From NCBI GenBank assembly GCA_030668875.1, contig DAOVER010000003.1:3395-67394 (forward strand): a DNA stretch of 64,000 nucleotides, read 5' to 3'. Numbering within the stretch: position 1 is the stretch's first letter; every line of letters begins with the position of its first letter. Below are positions 20,038-30,272 of the stretch, one piece after another. The translations under genes were made by a program, and so were the position numbers. The stretch comes from Candidatus Heimdallarchaeota archaeon. Its GTDB lineage: Archaea; Asgardarchaeota; Heimdallarchaeia; Heimdallarchaeales; Heimdallarchaeaceae. The notes beneath the pieces were generated by a model. That model was not told where the DNA came from, searched no databases, and saw nothing but the letters and a program-made list of their open reading frames with translations.

Positions 20038-21090
20038 ATGTCTGAAAAATGGAAATTTATAGTTAATCCTAACGCTGGTACTCAAAGGTGTATTGAAAGA
20101 TGGGAGAAAGCTGAGCCAGTTATTAAAAAAAGTGGAATTGATTATGATGTTGTCTTCACAGAAGCTCGCAAACAAGGAAAGGAGCTAGTGACAAAGGCAA
20201 TTAATGATGGTTTTAACAGAATTATTATAGCAAGCGGTGATGGAGTTGTAAATGAGGCTATTAATGGGATAATGTCTTTTCCAGAAAAAAAGCGAAAGGA
20301 GATTGCTTTTGGAGTCTTACCTTTTGGAACTGGAAATGATTTAGCAACTTACATGGGCATCCCTTGGGAGCCAAAACATGCGGCTAAGACATTGATAGAG
20401 AAAACAGCTGTTTCACCTTCATCTATTGGTAAAGTAAAATATCATGATACAAAATTCGAAGTGTATTTTGGGAATATGTTTGATTTTGGGATATCATCTT
20501 TAGTTAATCTAGGTAATATGGCTGGGGAAATGAATTGGATAAAGGGTCCATCAAGGTATACTTTCTTAGCAATCAAGAAACTAGTGACTGTTAAACAAAG
20601 AAAAGGAACAATTATTCTAGATGATGGAGATCCAATAGACTTCAAATTGATGCTTTTAGCTATTGGAATTGGAAAATCTGTAGGTGGAGGTATGTTAGCT
20701 TGTGTCAATGCTCATCCCCAAAACGATTTCTTTGATGTATGTATAACTCAAAATCTTACAAAACCTAGAACTCTATTAGGGATTCAAAAGATTTTCAAAG
20801 GAGAGCACCTTAATTTAAAGGGAATGCAATACAAGCAAGCTAAGAAAATTGAAGTGACACTTGAAAGTCCAATAGGAATGGAGCATGATGGAGAAATCTA
20901 TGAAGAAGACGTTAGCTCTCATGTAGAAGTAAATATTATGCCACAAGCTTACAATGTTCTCTACAATACTGAACATCCATCTATGCACTGGTTGACTGAA
21001 GAAGAGCTTAAGCAGGGTAAAAAACCCGATGGTGTGGCTACTAAACATATGAAACATTGGGATGCTAGAATTTGGCAAGAGAAAAATTAG
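20038..21090 (+). CDS. Diacylglycerol-kinase catalytic-domain lipid kinase (YegS/BmrU-like)
   Basis: IVNPNAGT, IIIASGDGVVNEAINGI and GVLPFGTGNDLA, the DAGK_cat signature. Confidence 0.7.
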   Translation: MSEKWKFIVNPNAGTQRCIERWEKAEPVIKKSGIDYDVVFTEARKQGKELVTKAINDGFNRIIIASGDGVVNEAINGIMSFPEKKRKEIAFGVLPFGTGNDLATYMGIPWEPKHAAKTLIEKTAVSPSSIGKVKYHDTKFEVYFGNMFDFGISSLVNLGNMAGEMNWIKGPSRYTFLAIKKLVTVKQRKGTIILDDGDPIDFKLMLLAIGIGKSVGGGMLACVNAHPQNDFFDVCITQNLTKPRTLLGIQKIFKGEHLNLKGMQYKQAKKIEVTLESPIGMEHDGEIYEEDVSSHVEVNIMPQAYNVLYNTEHPSMHWLTEEELKQGKKPDGVATKHMKHWDARIWQEKN

Positions 21091-21147
21091 TTGTACAATA
21101 ATTGTAACAGAAATAATATATACAACTTTTTCTTAATTTCTGAGTAG

Positions 21148-21510
21148 ATGAGTGATAAAAAGGAAAAATCCAAAGAAACTAAGATAAGTTATAAAATTGA
21201 AAATCTGCGAAGATTCTTGAAAACTCGAAAGATGTTTCTAATTATGCTTATTTTCTCACAATTGTGGGTTTCAGTATTATCCTTTATTACCACTCAATTT
21301 GTTTACATAGATTCATTAGACATTTATGCAAAAAGAATCATCGCAAGAATTATACCTGTATCCTTCTTTCTTGTACAAGCTCTGAATGCTGCGTTTATTA
21401 TCTATTTATTCGAAAAGAAGCATATTAAAACAAAACTAGCTTTCCTCCTGCCCATAACCAATTTGATAGTCTCTGGAATAGCATTTGCTCTTTTATATGT
21501 TATCCCCTAA
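21148..21510 (+). CDS. Hypothetical membrane protein
   Basis: ORF track; 3 TM segments. Confidence 0.3.
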   Translation: MSDKKEKSKETKISYKIENLRRFLKTRKMFLIMLIFSQLWVSVLSFITTQFVYIDSLDIYAKRIIARIIPVSFFLVQALNAAFIIYLFEKKHIKTKLAFLLPITNLIVSGIAFALLYVIP

Positions 21511-21544
21511 TGGTAACGAGCTGTTTTTATCTAGAAGAAATTTC

Positions 21545-22992
21545 CTACAATCCTATAGCTATTAGAATCATTGAATAGCCTATACTGAGAGCAGTAAAAG
21601 TCAGAGTCAAAGGTAGCATCTTTTTGACATATTGCAAAAATGACATAGGATATCTCTCTCTATTAAGAATTTCCAGCGCCATTAAAATTGTTATAGAACC
21701 TAAGGGCGTGAGAGCTCCTCCTATGTTGCCGGAGAGGACAAAACCTATCCATAAACCTGTAGTAATTCCTACAGGGAGAGATTTGAAAATGTAAGAGAAA
21801 ATTAGCGAAACTGACGACCCATTTAGAAATCCTGTAATTGGTAGTCCAATAACACCTATAATGAGTGCTACCAGGATTTGTCCTCCTATTGTTGGATTTC
21901 CACTCCTTAAGTAAATATCTGCAACGGAAGATGGAAGAACGAGCACTGAGTTATTCCCTAAAACTCCTCCTAAGATGGTGTTCAGTGGAACTAGGGCACC
22001 TGCTGCTGTTAACACACCCATCAGAACAAATAAAGCTACGAAGAAAACAACAATATTCCATTCCACCCCTTCTTCGAGGTAATGTTTCAGATCAGCTCTA
22101 AACAGAAAAATCCCATTATCGTTGTTATTAAAGATACTAGTGCTACATCGATTGGATTCCCCTTAATACTAGTTAGTAAAAAGCCAACGAAAAGGATTCC
22201 AAGAAGAATTACAGATTTCCAGATATTCATGCGGTTTTCTATTCCATTCCATGGATTTATTCTCCCCAACTGTTTCTTCTTCTCTTCAGGGACTTCCTTA
22301 AAAATTTCTTTCTTGTAAATTAAGAAGAAGAAACCTGTTGCAAGACCAAAGAAAATTATTGCAATTGGAAGCATGTATGCCATAAAACGAATGAAGTTCA
22401 TCCCTTCTCCTGCGTACAAGTTGAAAAATATAATGTTGGGTAGTGACGAAACTGGCGTTGGAAGCCCCCCGATTATGGTATTGATGCCTACGAATAGCAC
22501 AAATGGTTTTGGATTTATCTCTAGCTGTTTACAAATAACTACTGTTAATGAGCCTAAAAGAATTATAGCACTTAGATTATCAAAAAACATTGAAACAAAA
22601 AAAGTTAGTGCGCCTAATGAGACAATAAGTTTTTTTGGATCTCCTTTAGTTAATTTGACCATAGATAATGAGATGAAATCAAAGAAACCCGCTCCTTTAG
22701 TCATTGCTACAATTATACTTACAGAGAAAATAATGACTATCGCTTCAACATTGACTGTTTTGGCTAAGGCTTCAAGAAAGTTATGCGGAACCACTTCATA
22801 CTCTAGATTTTAGATGAATCCTGCTCCCCAATCCATAAAAACCAAATAAATTATTGAGACAACAAGAGCACCAGTTACAGTGATCTTATTTGCATCCACC
22901 CCCTCTTTCATCAGTAATAGAATAGTGGTTAGTACAATTATAACAATAATAATTGTTATTATCCAATCTAGCTCTCCTAGAATACCAGCCAA
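21545..22992 (-). pseudogene. ArsB/NhaD-superfamily anion/cation permease, disrupted. Three collinear pieces (22992-22810, 22794-22087, 22066-21545) are split by an in-frame TAA and a frameshift.
   Basis: FFDNLSAIILLG-type motif and about 12 TM in total. The TAA at 22810-22812 is in frame with the next piece; both frames are open across 22067-22110, next to an A5 run. Confidence 0.5.
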
Positions 22993-23093
22993 CTGTTCAC
23001 CTTTACAAAATATTATTTTAATTCTGTGATGAAAATCACATTTCTATGGATGTTGCTCAGTTTATTTGAGCAGTGATATGGAATTTAATGTAC

Positions 23094-24776
23094 TTATTCA
23101 AATTCCATTCTAGAGGAAACTTCTTTTTCTTCTTCTTCTTCAGATTCAGTTTTTTCTGTTTCTGCTTCCTCTATTATCTCTTCGATTACTTTCTCTTTCA
23201 GTTCCTTCTTAGGTTCTTTAAGATCACGTTTAAGTTCAAATTTAATCTCTTCCTTGATTTCTTCCTTGATTTCTTCAAGAATCGTTTCTTTGAGCTCTTC
23301 CATGCTTTCTTCTGTTTTCAGTTCCTTAGAGACTTCTCTCTTAACTTCTCTCTTTGGTTCTTCCTTGATTTCTTTTTTAACTTCTTTTTTGATTTCCTCA
23401 ATAACTTCTTCTTTCACTTCTTCCTTGATTTCTTCAATATCAGTCATTTCTGTTTCCTTCTCTTCTTCTTCTTTTTCCAATAAATCTAAATCTTCAAGCT
23501 GTTTTTCAACTTTAGCGTCTATTTCTTTTTCTTTCTTTTTATCATCGGTTTTTTCTTCAGATATAACGTTTTCAGCTTGTTCCTTTTTCTCTTCTTCTGT
23601 CTCTTCCTTATGTCCAAGTATGTCTTGCTTAACTTCTTCTTTAATCTGTTCTTTTAACGATTCATCTATTGCTATCATTTCTTTTTCTTCAATTTCTTCT
23701 TCAATAATATCTTCTTTTGCAATATCTTCGTCTTCTTTTTCATCGGCAGATTCATCAGTTTTTTCTTTGTCAATTATTTCTTTCTTTGGTTCTTCTTTGC
23801 GTTTAGCAATAAGTATTGGAAAAGTAATCTCACGATCTTCCAATAATTCAATAAAATATGAGTATAAACTTGAATGTTTGGTCGGCATATATATGATTAA
23901 TATTCCAACATCTTTTCCAAATGATGTAATTTCATCTTTGAATACTTCCATTTTATTTGTTGTAATAAGAAGGTACTCAATGAATCTTGATGCTTCTTTA
24001 AATACTTCAGAATTAGCTCGGTCAAACCTATCTAAATCTTCTTTATTCTTTTTAACAAATTCTGCGAATTCTTCCTCACTCTTGTCTTCATGGTAATTCT
24101 GATCAATATTAACTAAACAGTGAATCTCGCCTTTCTTTAGACTTAATGAGAGAGCTTTTTCAGTAAGATAACTCAATTGTAAACTGTTACTTGCCATAAT
24201 ACATGTATTTTTCCAAAGTAATTCCACGTTGATTTTATCACTTTGAATCAAAAGAACTGGAATTTCTTTTACTTCTTCTAAAAGATATTCAAAAATATCT
24301 CCCATAACGGTGATTCTGGCTTCAGATTCAATATCTCCCTCTTCGACTTGTGTTATTCCGATGAAGGATGAAGGCACAATTATTAATTCATAATCTCCTT
24401 CAGTCAAAATTGCATCTATGATGCTTTTCAGCATTTCCACACTCTCAATAACCTGTCCTTTTATCTCAAATTCCTCACTACGCAGATGTTCGTAAGCAAA
24501 TGAAAGTGAATCTTCGTAACTTTCCTTTGATGTTTTTGATACAGTAGAGGTGTTTTCGGTGTAAAAACAGACTACATCGATTTTAGTGCCAAAATGATGG
24601 TTTAATTGTTCTGCTACTAAGACTGAAGTTCTGGATTTTGATGTTCCATCAATTAATACTAGAGCCTTTTTAACAGGATCTTGTTGAGGTCTAACAGAAG
24701 GAAGTAATTCTGTGAATTTTTGCAATGTCTTTTCTATTGCTGTCTTCTGTTTATCTCTATCTTTAATGCTCATCAC
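23094..24776 (-). CDS. Tandem universal-stress-protein (USP)-like domains with a roughly 230-aa Glu/Lys-rich low-complexity C-terminal tail
   Basis: KALVLIDGTSKSRTSVLVAEQL and a second alpha/beta repeat; the tail is EEIKEEVKEEVIEEIKKEVKKEIKEEPKREVK... Confidence 0.45.
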   Translation of the reverse strand: MMSIKDRDKQKTAIEKTLQKFTELLPSVRPQQDPVKKALVLIDGTSKSRTSVLVAEQLNHHFGTKIDVVCFYTENTSTVSKTSKESYEDSLSFAYEHLRSEEFEIKGQVIESVEMLKSIIDAILTEGDYELIIVPSSFIGITQVEEGDIESEARITVMGDIFEYLLEEVKEIPVLLIQSDKINVELLWKNTCIMASNSLQLSYLTEKALSLSLKKGEIHCLVNIDQNYHEDKSEEEFAEFVKKNKEDLDRFDRANSEVFKEASRFIEYLLITTNKMEVFKDEITSFGKDVGILIIYMPTKHSSLYSYFIELLEDREITFPILIAKRKEEPKKEIIDKEKTDESADEKEDEDIAKEDIIEEEIEEKEMIAIDESLKEQIKEEVKQDILGHKEETEEEKKEQAENVISEEKTDDKKKEKEIDAKVEKQLEDLDLLEKEEEEKETEMTDIEEIKEEVKEEVIEEIKKEVKKEIKEEPKREVKREVSKELKTEESMEELKETILEEIKEEIKEEIKFELKRDLKEPKKELKEKVIEEIIEEAETEKTESEEEEEKEVSSRMEFE

Positions 24777-25032
24777 AAACTCTTTTCACCATTACCTAAA
24801 AAAGCTTACCATAATAATCACAACCTATTTTCTTCATAAATCGCTTCTAACTGCTAAGATTAACAAAACTGGGCGAATTTGCTCTTGATTTTAGGAATTG
24901 CCTGAATAATTGTAATACTTGAAGAAATTTTGACTAAAAAATAAATTTTTTATTAAGTGAATTTATACTGTTGTCATGATTATTTTTAACTAAAAAATTT
25001 TTATAGGTATCCAAGAATACGATATACTGATA

Positions 25033-25539
25033 ATGTTTCATAATAAGCAGAGAAAAGAGAATATTCTTAGAGAAGGAGTTATTGTCACACTGTTCTTTGT
25101 CACTTTTGCAGCTTTTCTACTTATTTTAGATATTTTCTTCCCAACTTTTCTTCTCGTTGTTTTTTCAGTTGTATTCTTTGCAATTGGTGCAGTTGTTTTA
25201 TTCATGATACTCTTTATTCTAATAATTAAGGCAAGAGGAAGTGAAATTCTGTTTTATCTAGGATATGAATCATTATTTACATTTGTAGGGATTCCACTTG
25301 CTTCCATATGCATTCTAATCCTCCCCGTTTCAATCTATCTTCTATTCTTCTCAGGGAATGCTTTTGAAATATTAATTTTTGCAGTAATTTTTACATTTAG
25401 CCTAATGCTAAGCTCTCTAATTTATACAGGAATTAAATTATGGTTATCGTCTAGAACAAGTGGGATTTTGGTACCAGAGAAAGTTGAAAAAGAACCAATC
25501 GAGCAGCTGTTAGATTGTTTTCCAAATTTGGAAGATTAA
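25033..25539 (+). CDS. Hypothetical membrane protein
   Basis: ORF track; 4-5 TM segments. Confidence 0.3.
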   Translation: MFHNKQRKENILREGVIVTLFFVTFAAFLLILDIFFPTFLLVVFSVVFFAIGAVVLFMILFILIIKARGSEILFYLGYESLFTFVGIPLASICILILPVSIYLLFFSGNAFEILIFAVIFTFSLMLSSLIYTGIKLWLSSRTSGILVPEKVEKEPIEQLLDCFPNLED

Positions 25540-25597
25540 AACTTTTATCCACAGCAAAATTCTTTTATGGTGTGTAAATCTAATAAATCGTAATTAG

Positions 25598-26683
25598 GTG
25601 ATATTATTGCACAAAAAATTATGGATTCCAGGACCGACTGAGGTCAAAGATGATGTTCTTGAACAGCAATCCAAAAAATTATTCGGTCACAGAAGTAACG
25701 ACTTTACTATATTATATAATAGTGTGTTAGATCAATTGAGAGAGTTCTTCAAAACTGAACAACACATTACAGTAATAACAGCTTCTGGGACTTTGTTTAT
25801 GGATATCTCAGGAAGAAATTTGATTCGACCTGGTAAAAAAGCACTATGTATGGTGAATGGTTCTTTTTCTGATAGAATGTACAAAACACTTGTTAATTGT
25901 GGTGTTGAAGCTGAAAAAGTTGATATTGAATGGGGTAAAGCGATAAAACTTGAGCATATCAAAGAAAAATTAGATCAATCAGAATATGATGTTGTAACAG
26001 TTTGTCAAAACGAAACTTCTACTGGAGTAAAGTTGGATCTCAAAGCAATTGGAGATTTGCTTAAAAACTATCCTGATACATTGCTTGTTGTAGACGCAGT
26101 TTCATCTCTCGGAGGAGATTTAATTTTGCCAGATGAAATGAGTACAGATTTAATTTTCGCTTCTACCCAGAAATGCTTTGCACTTCCTCCAGGACTTGCA
26201 ATTGGAATAGTATCTCAAAAGGCACTAGACCGGACTAATGATGTTCCTAATAGAGGTTCTTATACAGATCTTAACAGTATATTTGCATACTTCGAAAAGA
26301 AGAAGCAAACTCCTTCCACACCAAATATCTCTTTGTTATTTGCTTTTGATTATAAATTAAAACAAATGCTAGAAGAAGGAGCAGAAAATATTAGTGCAAG
26401 GTTAACAGAACTTAGAGATTATACACACAAATGGGCCTTAGATCATGGTTTTGGTTTGTTCGCAGAAGAAGGATACAGCTCAGTAACTGTATCAACAATA
26501 GTAAACAAATTGGAAAAGGATGTTGGAGCTCTCAATAAAGCTTTAGGTGAGAAAGGTTTTGTTATAGCAAATGGTTATGGTAAACTAAAGAATCAAACAT
26601 TCAGAATTGGTCACATGGGTGATCATACCTTAGATGATTTGAAGGAGCTACTTGCTGCTATCGAAGAAATCTGGGAACTCTAA
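25598..26683 (+). CDS. Class V aminotransferase, probably the archaeal-type phosphoserine aminotransferase (next to serA)
   Basis: ETSTGV, DAVSSLGG and FASTQKCFALPPGLAIG (PLP-Lys region); ends 3 nt before the serA-like gene. Confidence 0.65.
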   Translation: MILLHKKLWIPGPTEVKDDVLEQQSKKLFGHRSNDFTILYNSVLDQLREFFKTEQHITVITASGTLFMDISGRNLIRPGKKALCMVNGSFSDRMYKTLVNCGVEAEKVDIEWGKAIKLEHIKEKLDQSEYDVVTVCQNETSTGVKLDLKAIGDLLKNYPDTLLVVDAVSSLGGDLILPDEMSTDLIFASTQKCFALPPGLAIGIVSQKALDRTNDVPNRGSYTDLNSIFAYFEKKKQTPSTPNISLLFAFDYKLKQMLEEGAENISARLTELRDYTHKWALDHGFGLFAEEGYSSVTVSTIVNKLEKDVGALNKALGEKGFVIANGYGKLKNQTFRIGHMGDHTLDDLKELLAAIEEIWEL

Positions 26684-26685
26684 AG

Positions 26686-27627
26686 GTGAAAGAAATGCCA
26701 AAAATTATACTAACAGATAAATTAAACGAAAAAGCAGTTGAGGTTTTAGAAGCAGCTGGTTTTGAAGTAAAAATTGCTTGGGACATTCCTAAGGATGAAC
26801 TTCCAAAAATTATTGGTGAATATGACGCAATTATTGTTAGATCTGCTACAAAGGTTAGGGGAGATTTATTTGATGAAGCAGTTAATCTCAAAGTGATTGG
26901 AAGAGCTGGTGTAGGTCTTGATAACATTGATATGGAAACAGCACTTGCACGAAACATCAAAGTTGTAAACACTCCTGCAGCTACAACCAACTCTGTTGCT
27001 GAATTAGCATTAACAATGATTCTATCCTCAACACGTGATATAGTTAAAGGTACTTGTGAAATCAAATCTGATCCAAGTAGTTTCAAAGCTCTGAAGAAAG
27101 AATTATTCTCCCGTGAAATTGACGGAAAAACTCTAGGGCTAATAGGAACTGGTAGAATTGGTACAAGTCTTGCAGTCAAATGCAAAGCTCTAGGTATGAA
27201 TGCGATCGGATATGATGCTTATGTTGCTGAGAATCCTGTTGTAGAAATGAAACCTACAATGGATGATGTCCTCAAAGAAGCAGATTATATTAGTCTCCAT
27301 CTTCCTCTAAATAAAGACACCAAACATATGATTGGAAAAGAAGCTATTTCTAAAATGAAAAGTACAGCTGTTTTAATTAACTGTGCTAGAGGTGGAATAG
27401 TTGATGAGATTGCAGCACATGAAGCATTAGAATCTGGGGTACTAGGTTACTACTGTACTGATGTTTTCGAAATTGAACCTCCAAGCATCGATAATCCTCT
27501 ACTTCATCACGAAAACATAATAATTAGCCCTCATATTGGTGCTCAAACAGCAGAAGGTAACATGAGAGCTAGCGTTCAAGCTGCTGAAAGAGTTATTGAC
27601 GCTTTTAAAGAACTTGAGGATCTCTAA
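26686..27627 (+). CDS. serA: D-3-phosphoglycerate dehydrogenase-like 2-hydroxyacid dehydrogenase
   Basis: GLIGTGRIGTSLA (NAD GxGxxG), VIGRAGVGLDNID, LINCARGGIVDE and SPHIGAQT; no ACT domain. Confidence 0.7.
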   Translation: MKEMPKIILTDKLNEKAVEVLEAAGFEVKIAWDIPKDELPKIIGEYDAIIVRSATKVRGDLFDEAVNLKVIGRAGVGLDNIDMETALARNIKVVNTPAATTNSVAELALTMILSSTRDIVKGTCEIKSDPSSFKALKKELFSREIDGKTLGLIGTGRIGTSLAVKCKALGMNAIGYDAYVAENPVVEMKPTMDDVLKEADYISLHLPLNKDTKHMIGKEAISKMKSTAVLINCARGGIVDEIAAHEALESGVLGYYCTDVFEIEPPSIDNPLLHHENIIISPHIGAQTAEGNMRASVQAAERVIDAFKELEDL

Positions 27628-27631
27628 TCCA

Positions 27632-27660
27632 AAGGAATAGTTTATTCCTTTTTTCTTTCT
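27632..27660 (+). terminator. Hairpin aaggaat-agttt-attcctt followed by a T-run, just downstream of serA
   Basis: Read directly from the sequence. Confidence 0.35.
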
Positions 27661-27737
27661 ATTTTATTATAATTGAAATCAAACTGATTAGAACATACAA
27701 GAAACCTTTAAGAGAAGTTTATTTTCCTATTTCCTAT

Positions 27738-28787
27738 ATGAAAATTGCTTTAGTAGGTTTAGGGGCTATCGGAGCTATTGTAGCAGCTGATATAGCAAAA
27801 AGTGGTCATCCTGTTTATATCCCTTGTAAATATCAAGAAACTTTGGACATAGTTAAAGAGCGAGGGATTAAAGTAACAGGTGTAAGTGGTGAATATTACG
27901 TAAAGGATAATCTCCATCCAGTTTTGGCAATTGAAGATTTACCTACTGATCTTGATCTTGTTTTTCTTGTTACAAAGCTAAATGATGTAGAAGATGCTAT
28001 GAAACGACTAGAAGATAAGCTGAGTACAAACTACACTGTTGTTACAATGACTAATGGTATGATTGAGGAGAAAATATGTCCTAAGATTGGAAGTGATCAT
28101 TTACTTGGATGTGTTACAAGTTTCGGAGCTACAAAATCTGGACATGCTGAAGCCATTAAAACGTCTTCAGGGGAGATGGTGATTGGACGATTAGATGGTC
28201 AGAAAAGAGAAGTTGATGATCAGATAGTAGAAATGTTGTCATCAACGGTTCCTACTACTTGGTCAGATAATGTGAAAAACGAAAAATTTTCCAAATTGCT
28301 TATTAACCTATCAGTAGCTTCTTTTGGAGTTATAAGTGGAATGACTCTAGGTGAAATGCTTCAAAGAAGAATGACAAGAATAGCTTTTCTTACTGTTATG
28401 ACTGAAGGAGCAAAAGTAGCAGATTTGAAAGGAATTGAACTTCAGAAACTAAATGGTTTGAATCTTAATTTCTTAGTACTAACGAAGAAGGAATTATATG
28501 GATTTTCGTTCAAACATTTCATGAAGCAGATAATCATAAAAATTATCAGATTAAAATACAAGGATTTGAAATCATCAAGTCTTCAATCAATTGAACGAGG
28601 AAAGAAAACAGAGATAGATTTTCTTAATGGATACTTAGTTGCTGAAGGAGAGAAGTATGGGGTTGAAACACCTTTGAACAAATATGTTCAAGAAACAATT
28701 CATGTGATTGAGCAAGGAAAGGAAAAACCATCTCTAGAAGGATTAGAACGTTTAGAAGAAAAAACAAAAGAAATTTGGGGACTTTGA
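27738..28787 (+). CDS. panE: 2-dehydropantoate 2-reductase (ketopantoate reductase, ApbA/PanE family)
   Basis: MKIALVGLGAIGAIVAADIA N-terminal Rossmann; C-terminal SSLQSIERGKKTEIDFLNGYLV matches the PanE signature. Confidence 0.7.
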   Translation: MKIALVGLGAIGAIVAADIAKSGHPVYIPCKYQETLDIVKERGIKVTGVSGEYYVKDNLHPVLAIEDLPTDLDLVFLVTKLNDVEDAMKRLEDKLSTNYTVVTMTNGMIEEKICPKIGSDHLLGCVTSFGATKSGHAEAIKTSSGEMVIGRLDGQKREVDDQIVEMLSSTVPTTWSDNVKNEKFSKLLINLSVASFGVISGMTLGEMLQRRMTRIAFLTVMTEGAKVADLKGIELQKLNGLNLNFLVLTKKELYGFSFKHFMKQIIIKIIRLKYKDLKSSSLQSIERGKKTEIDFLNGYLVAEGEKYGVETPLNKYVQETIHVIEQGKEKPSLEGLERLEEKTKEIWGL

Positions 28788-28799
28788 AGCTGATTTCGT

Positions 28800-30272
28800 T
28801 CATAAGCATCTATCTACAGCTGAAGAACCCTTTTCATCATATTCTACTTTCGTTACCCAGAGGTTTCTTTCATTGAAAAGTTTCAAAGAAGCAAGAATTG
28901 AACCCCCTATCCAACTTTTGATTAATCTGTTTCTATCAGCTTTAACCTTAATTTCTATATGATTTGGAAGTTTGCTTCTAATATCTGAATAGAATCTTTC
29001 CTTGAAACCTCTATATAATGTGCCTCCACCAATTAGAACAATATTTGATAAAACAACTTTAAGTAAATCTGAATCGCATTTCTGAGCAGATTCTATTACG
29101 GCATCAGTTAGATCTCCAAGTTCTCCTGTTACACTTAAAGGTTCATTTCGGAATAGTATTTCAGGTGCTTTATACAAAATTTCTTCATATTTTACGAAAT
29201 CGTTATTGATGATATTTGCAGACCTTATCTGTCTATCTGTTTTCTGCCAAATCTGTTTTTCTTTCTTTGGGTTTTCAGAAACATAGCACAATTCTTCAGT
29301 AGCATATCGAATGTTGCTATCTATGATACTTTTTTGATTTGGGGTGCTTTTAGAATGAGCGATATGTTTGTTAGTATAGTCTTTCATCAATCTAGTAACA
29401 TCATTTGCTCCTGTATCTCGAATACTAACACTGTGAGTAATTAACCAACCATCGTAAATGGGAAGGATTCTAGTTGCTGAAGCCCCAATATTTACGATTA
29501 ATCCTGTTACATTTCCATCAGCATAAAGAGACAATAACTCTTTTATCGCAAAATACATCTTGGAAACGTTAAATTGGTCAAAAAGAACTCTAGCAATTTT
29601 CCTTCTAATTACCTTTGTTTGGTCATAAACTCCAACATAATCAAGCGCTTCTTCCTCACGAAGAATATTTTTTGCTTTTTCAGGTAACGTAGAATTGTTT
29701 ATCACATCCTTTTTTCCTTTAAGGGAATCAACATATTTGTCCATTTGTGGTCTCTCAAGAATCAGTATTGCTATCTTCGAAGGGTCTACTTCCATTTTCT
29801 CGAAGATATGACTAAAGAAAATCTCAAGATGTTTAAGGTCTATTTTCTCTTCAATAATGTCTGTATCAAGATAAATAGAAACTTTTTTGATAATTTTCTT
29901 CTTTGCTTTAATATTTGAATGTTGAATAAATGTATCTCCTTCTGCAGAATAAAATATTGTAGATTCAAAGATGTACCTCGGTTGATTTTCTCCTGCGAAC
30001 CCTACTTTGGTGAAGCTTGATCCTAAGTCAATTACCATAATTGTTGGGTTCTTTATTTTTTCAACCAATTGGACATTCTCTTCTAGAATCTTTAGACCTC
30101 TCTGTAATTTCATAAGATCAGTATTTTTCAAGAACTTCGAACATTGTTCACAATAATAACCAATTGTGATCCACTTGCGTTGTTCTGTTCCCTTCCTTAT
30201 ATAGACTCTTTGCATAGCTTTTCCACAATGTTTTGGTCTGGTTTTTTGCAGTTTTTCTGGCACTTTTTCCAC
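28800..30272 (-). CDS. Actin-family protein close to eukaryotic actin, with a Cys/His-containing N-terminal extension and altered phosphate-2 residues
   Basis: [23 protein letters not shown] matches actin [43 protein letters not shown] matches [48 protein letters not shown] matches [29 protein letters not shown]. Confidence 0.8.
   Translation of the reverse strand: [490 protein letters not shown]

Noticed and set aside
23254-24096. 280-aa plus-strand ORF rich in Ser/Phe/Leu
   Set aside because: It lies antisense to the Glu/Lys-rich tail of 23094..24776. The open frame is a by-product of the GAA/AAG low-complexity repeats on the other strand.
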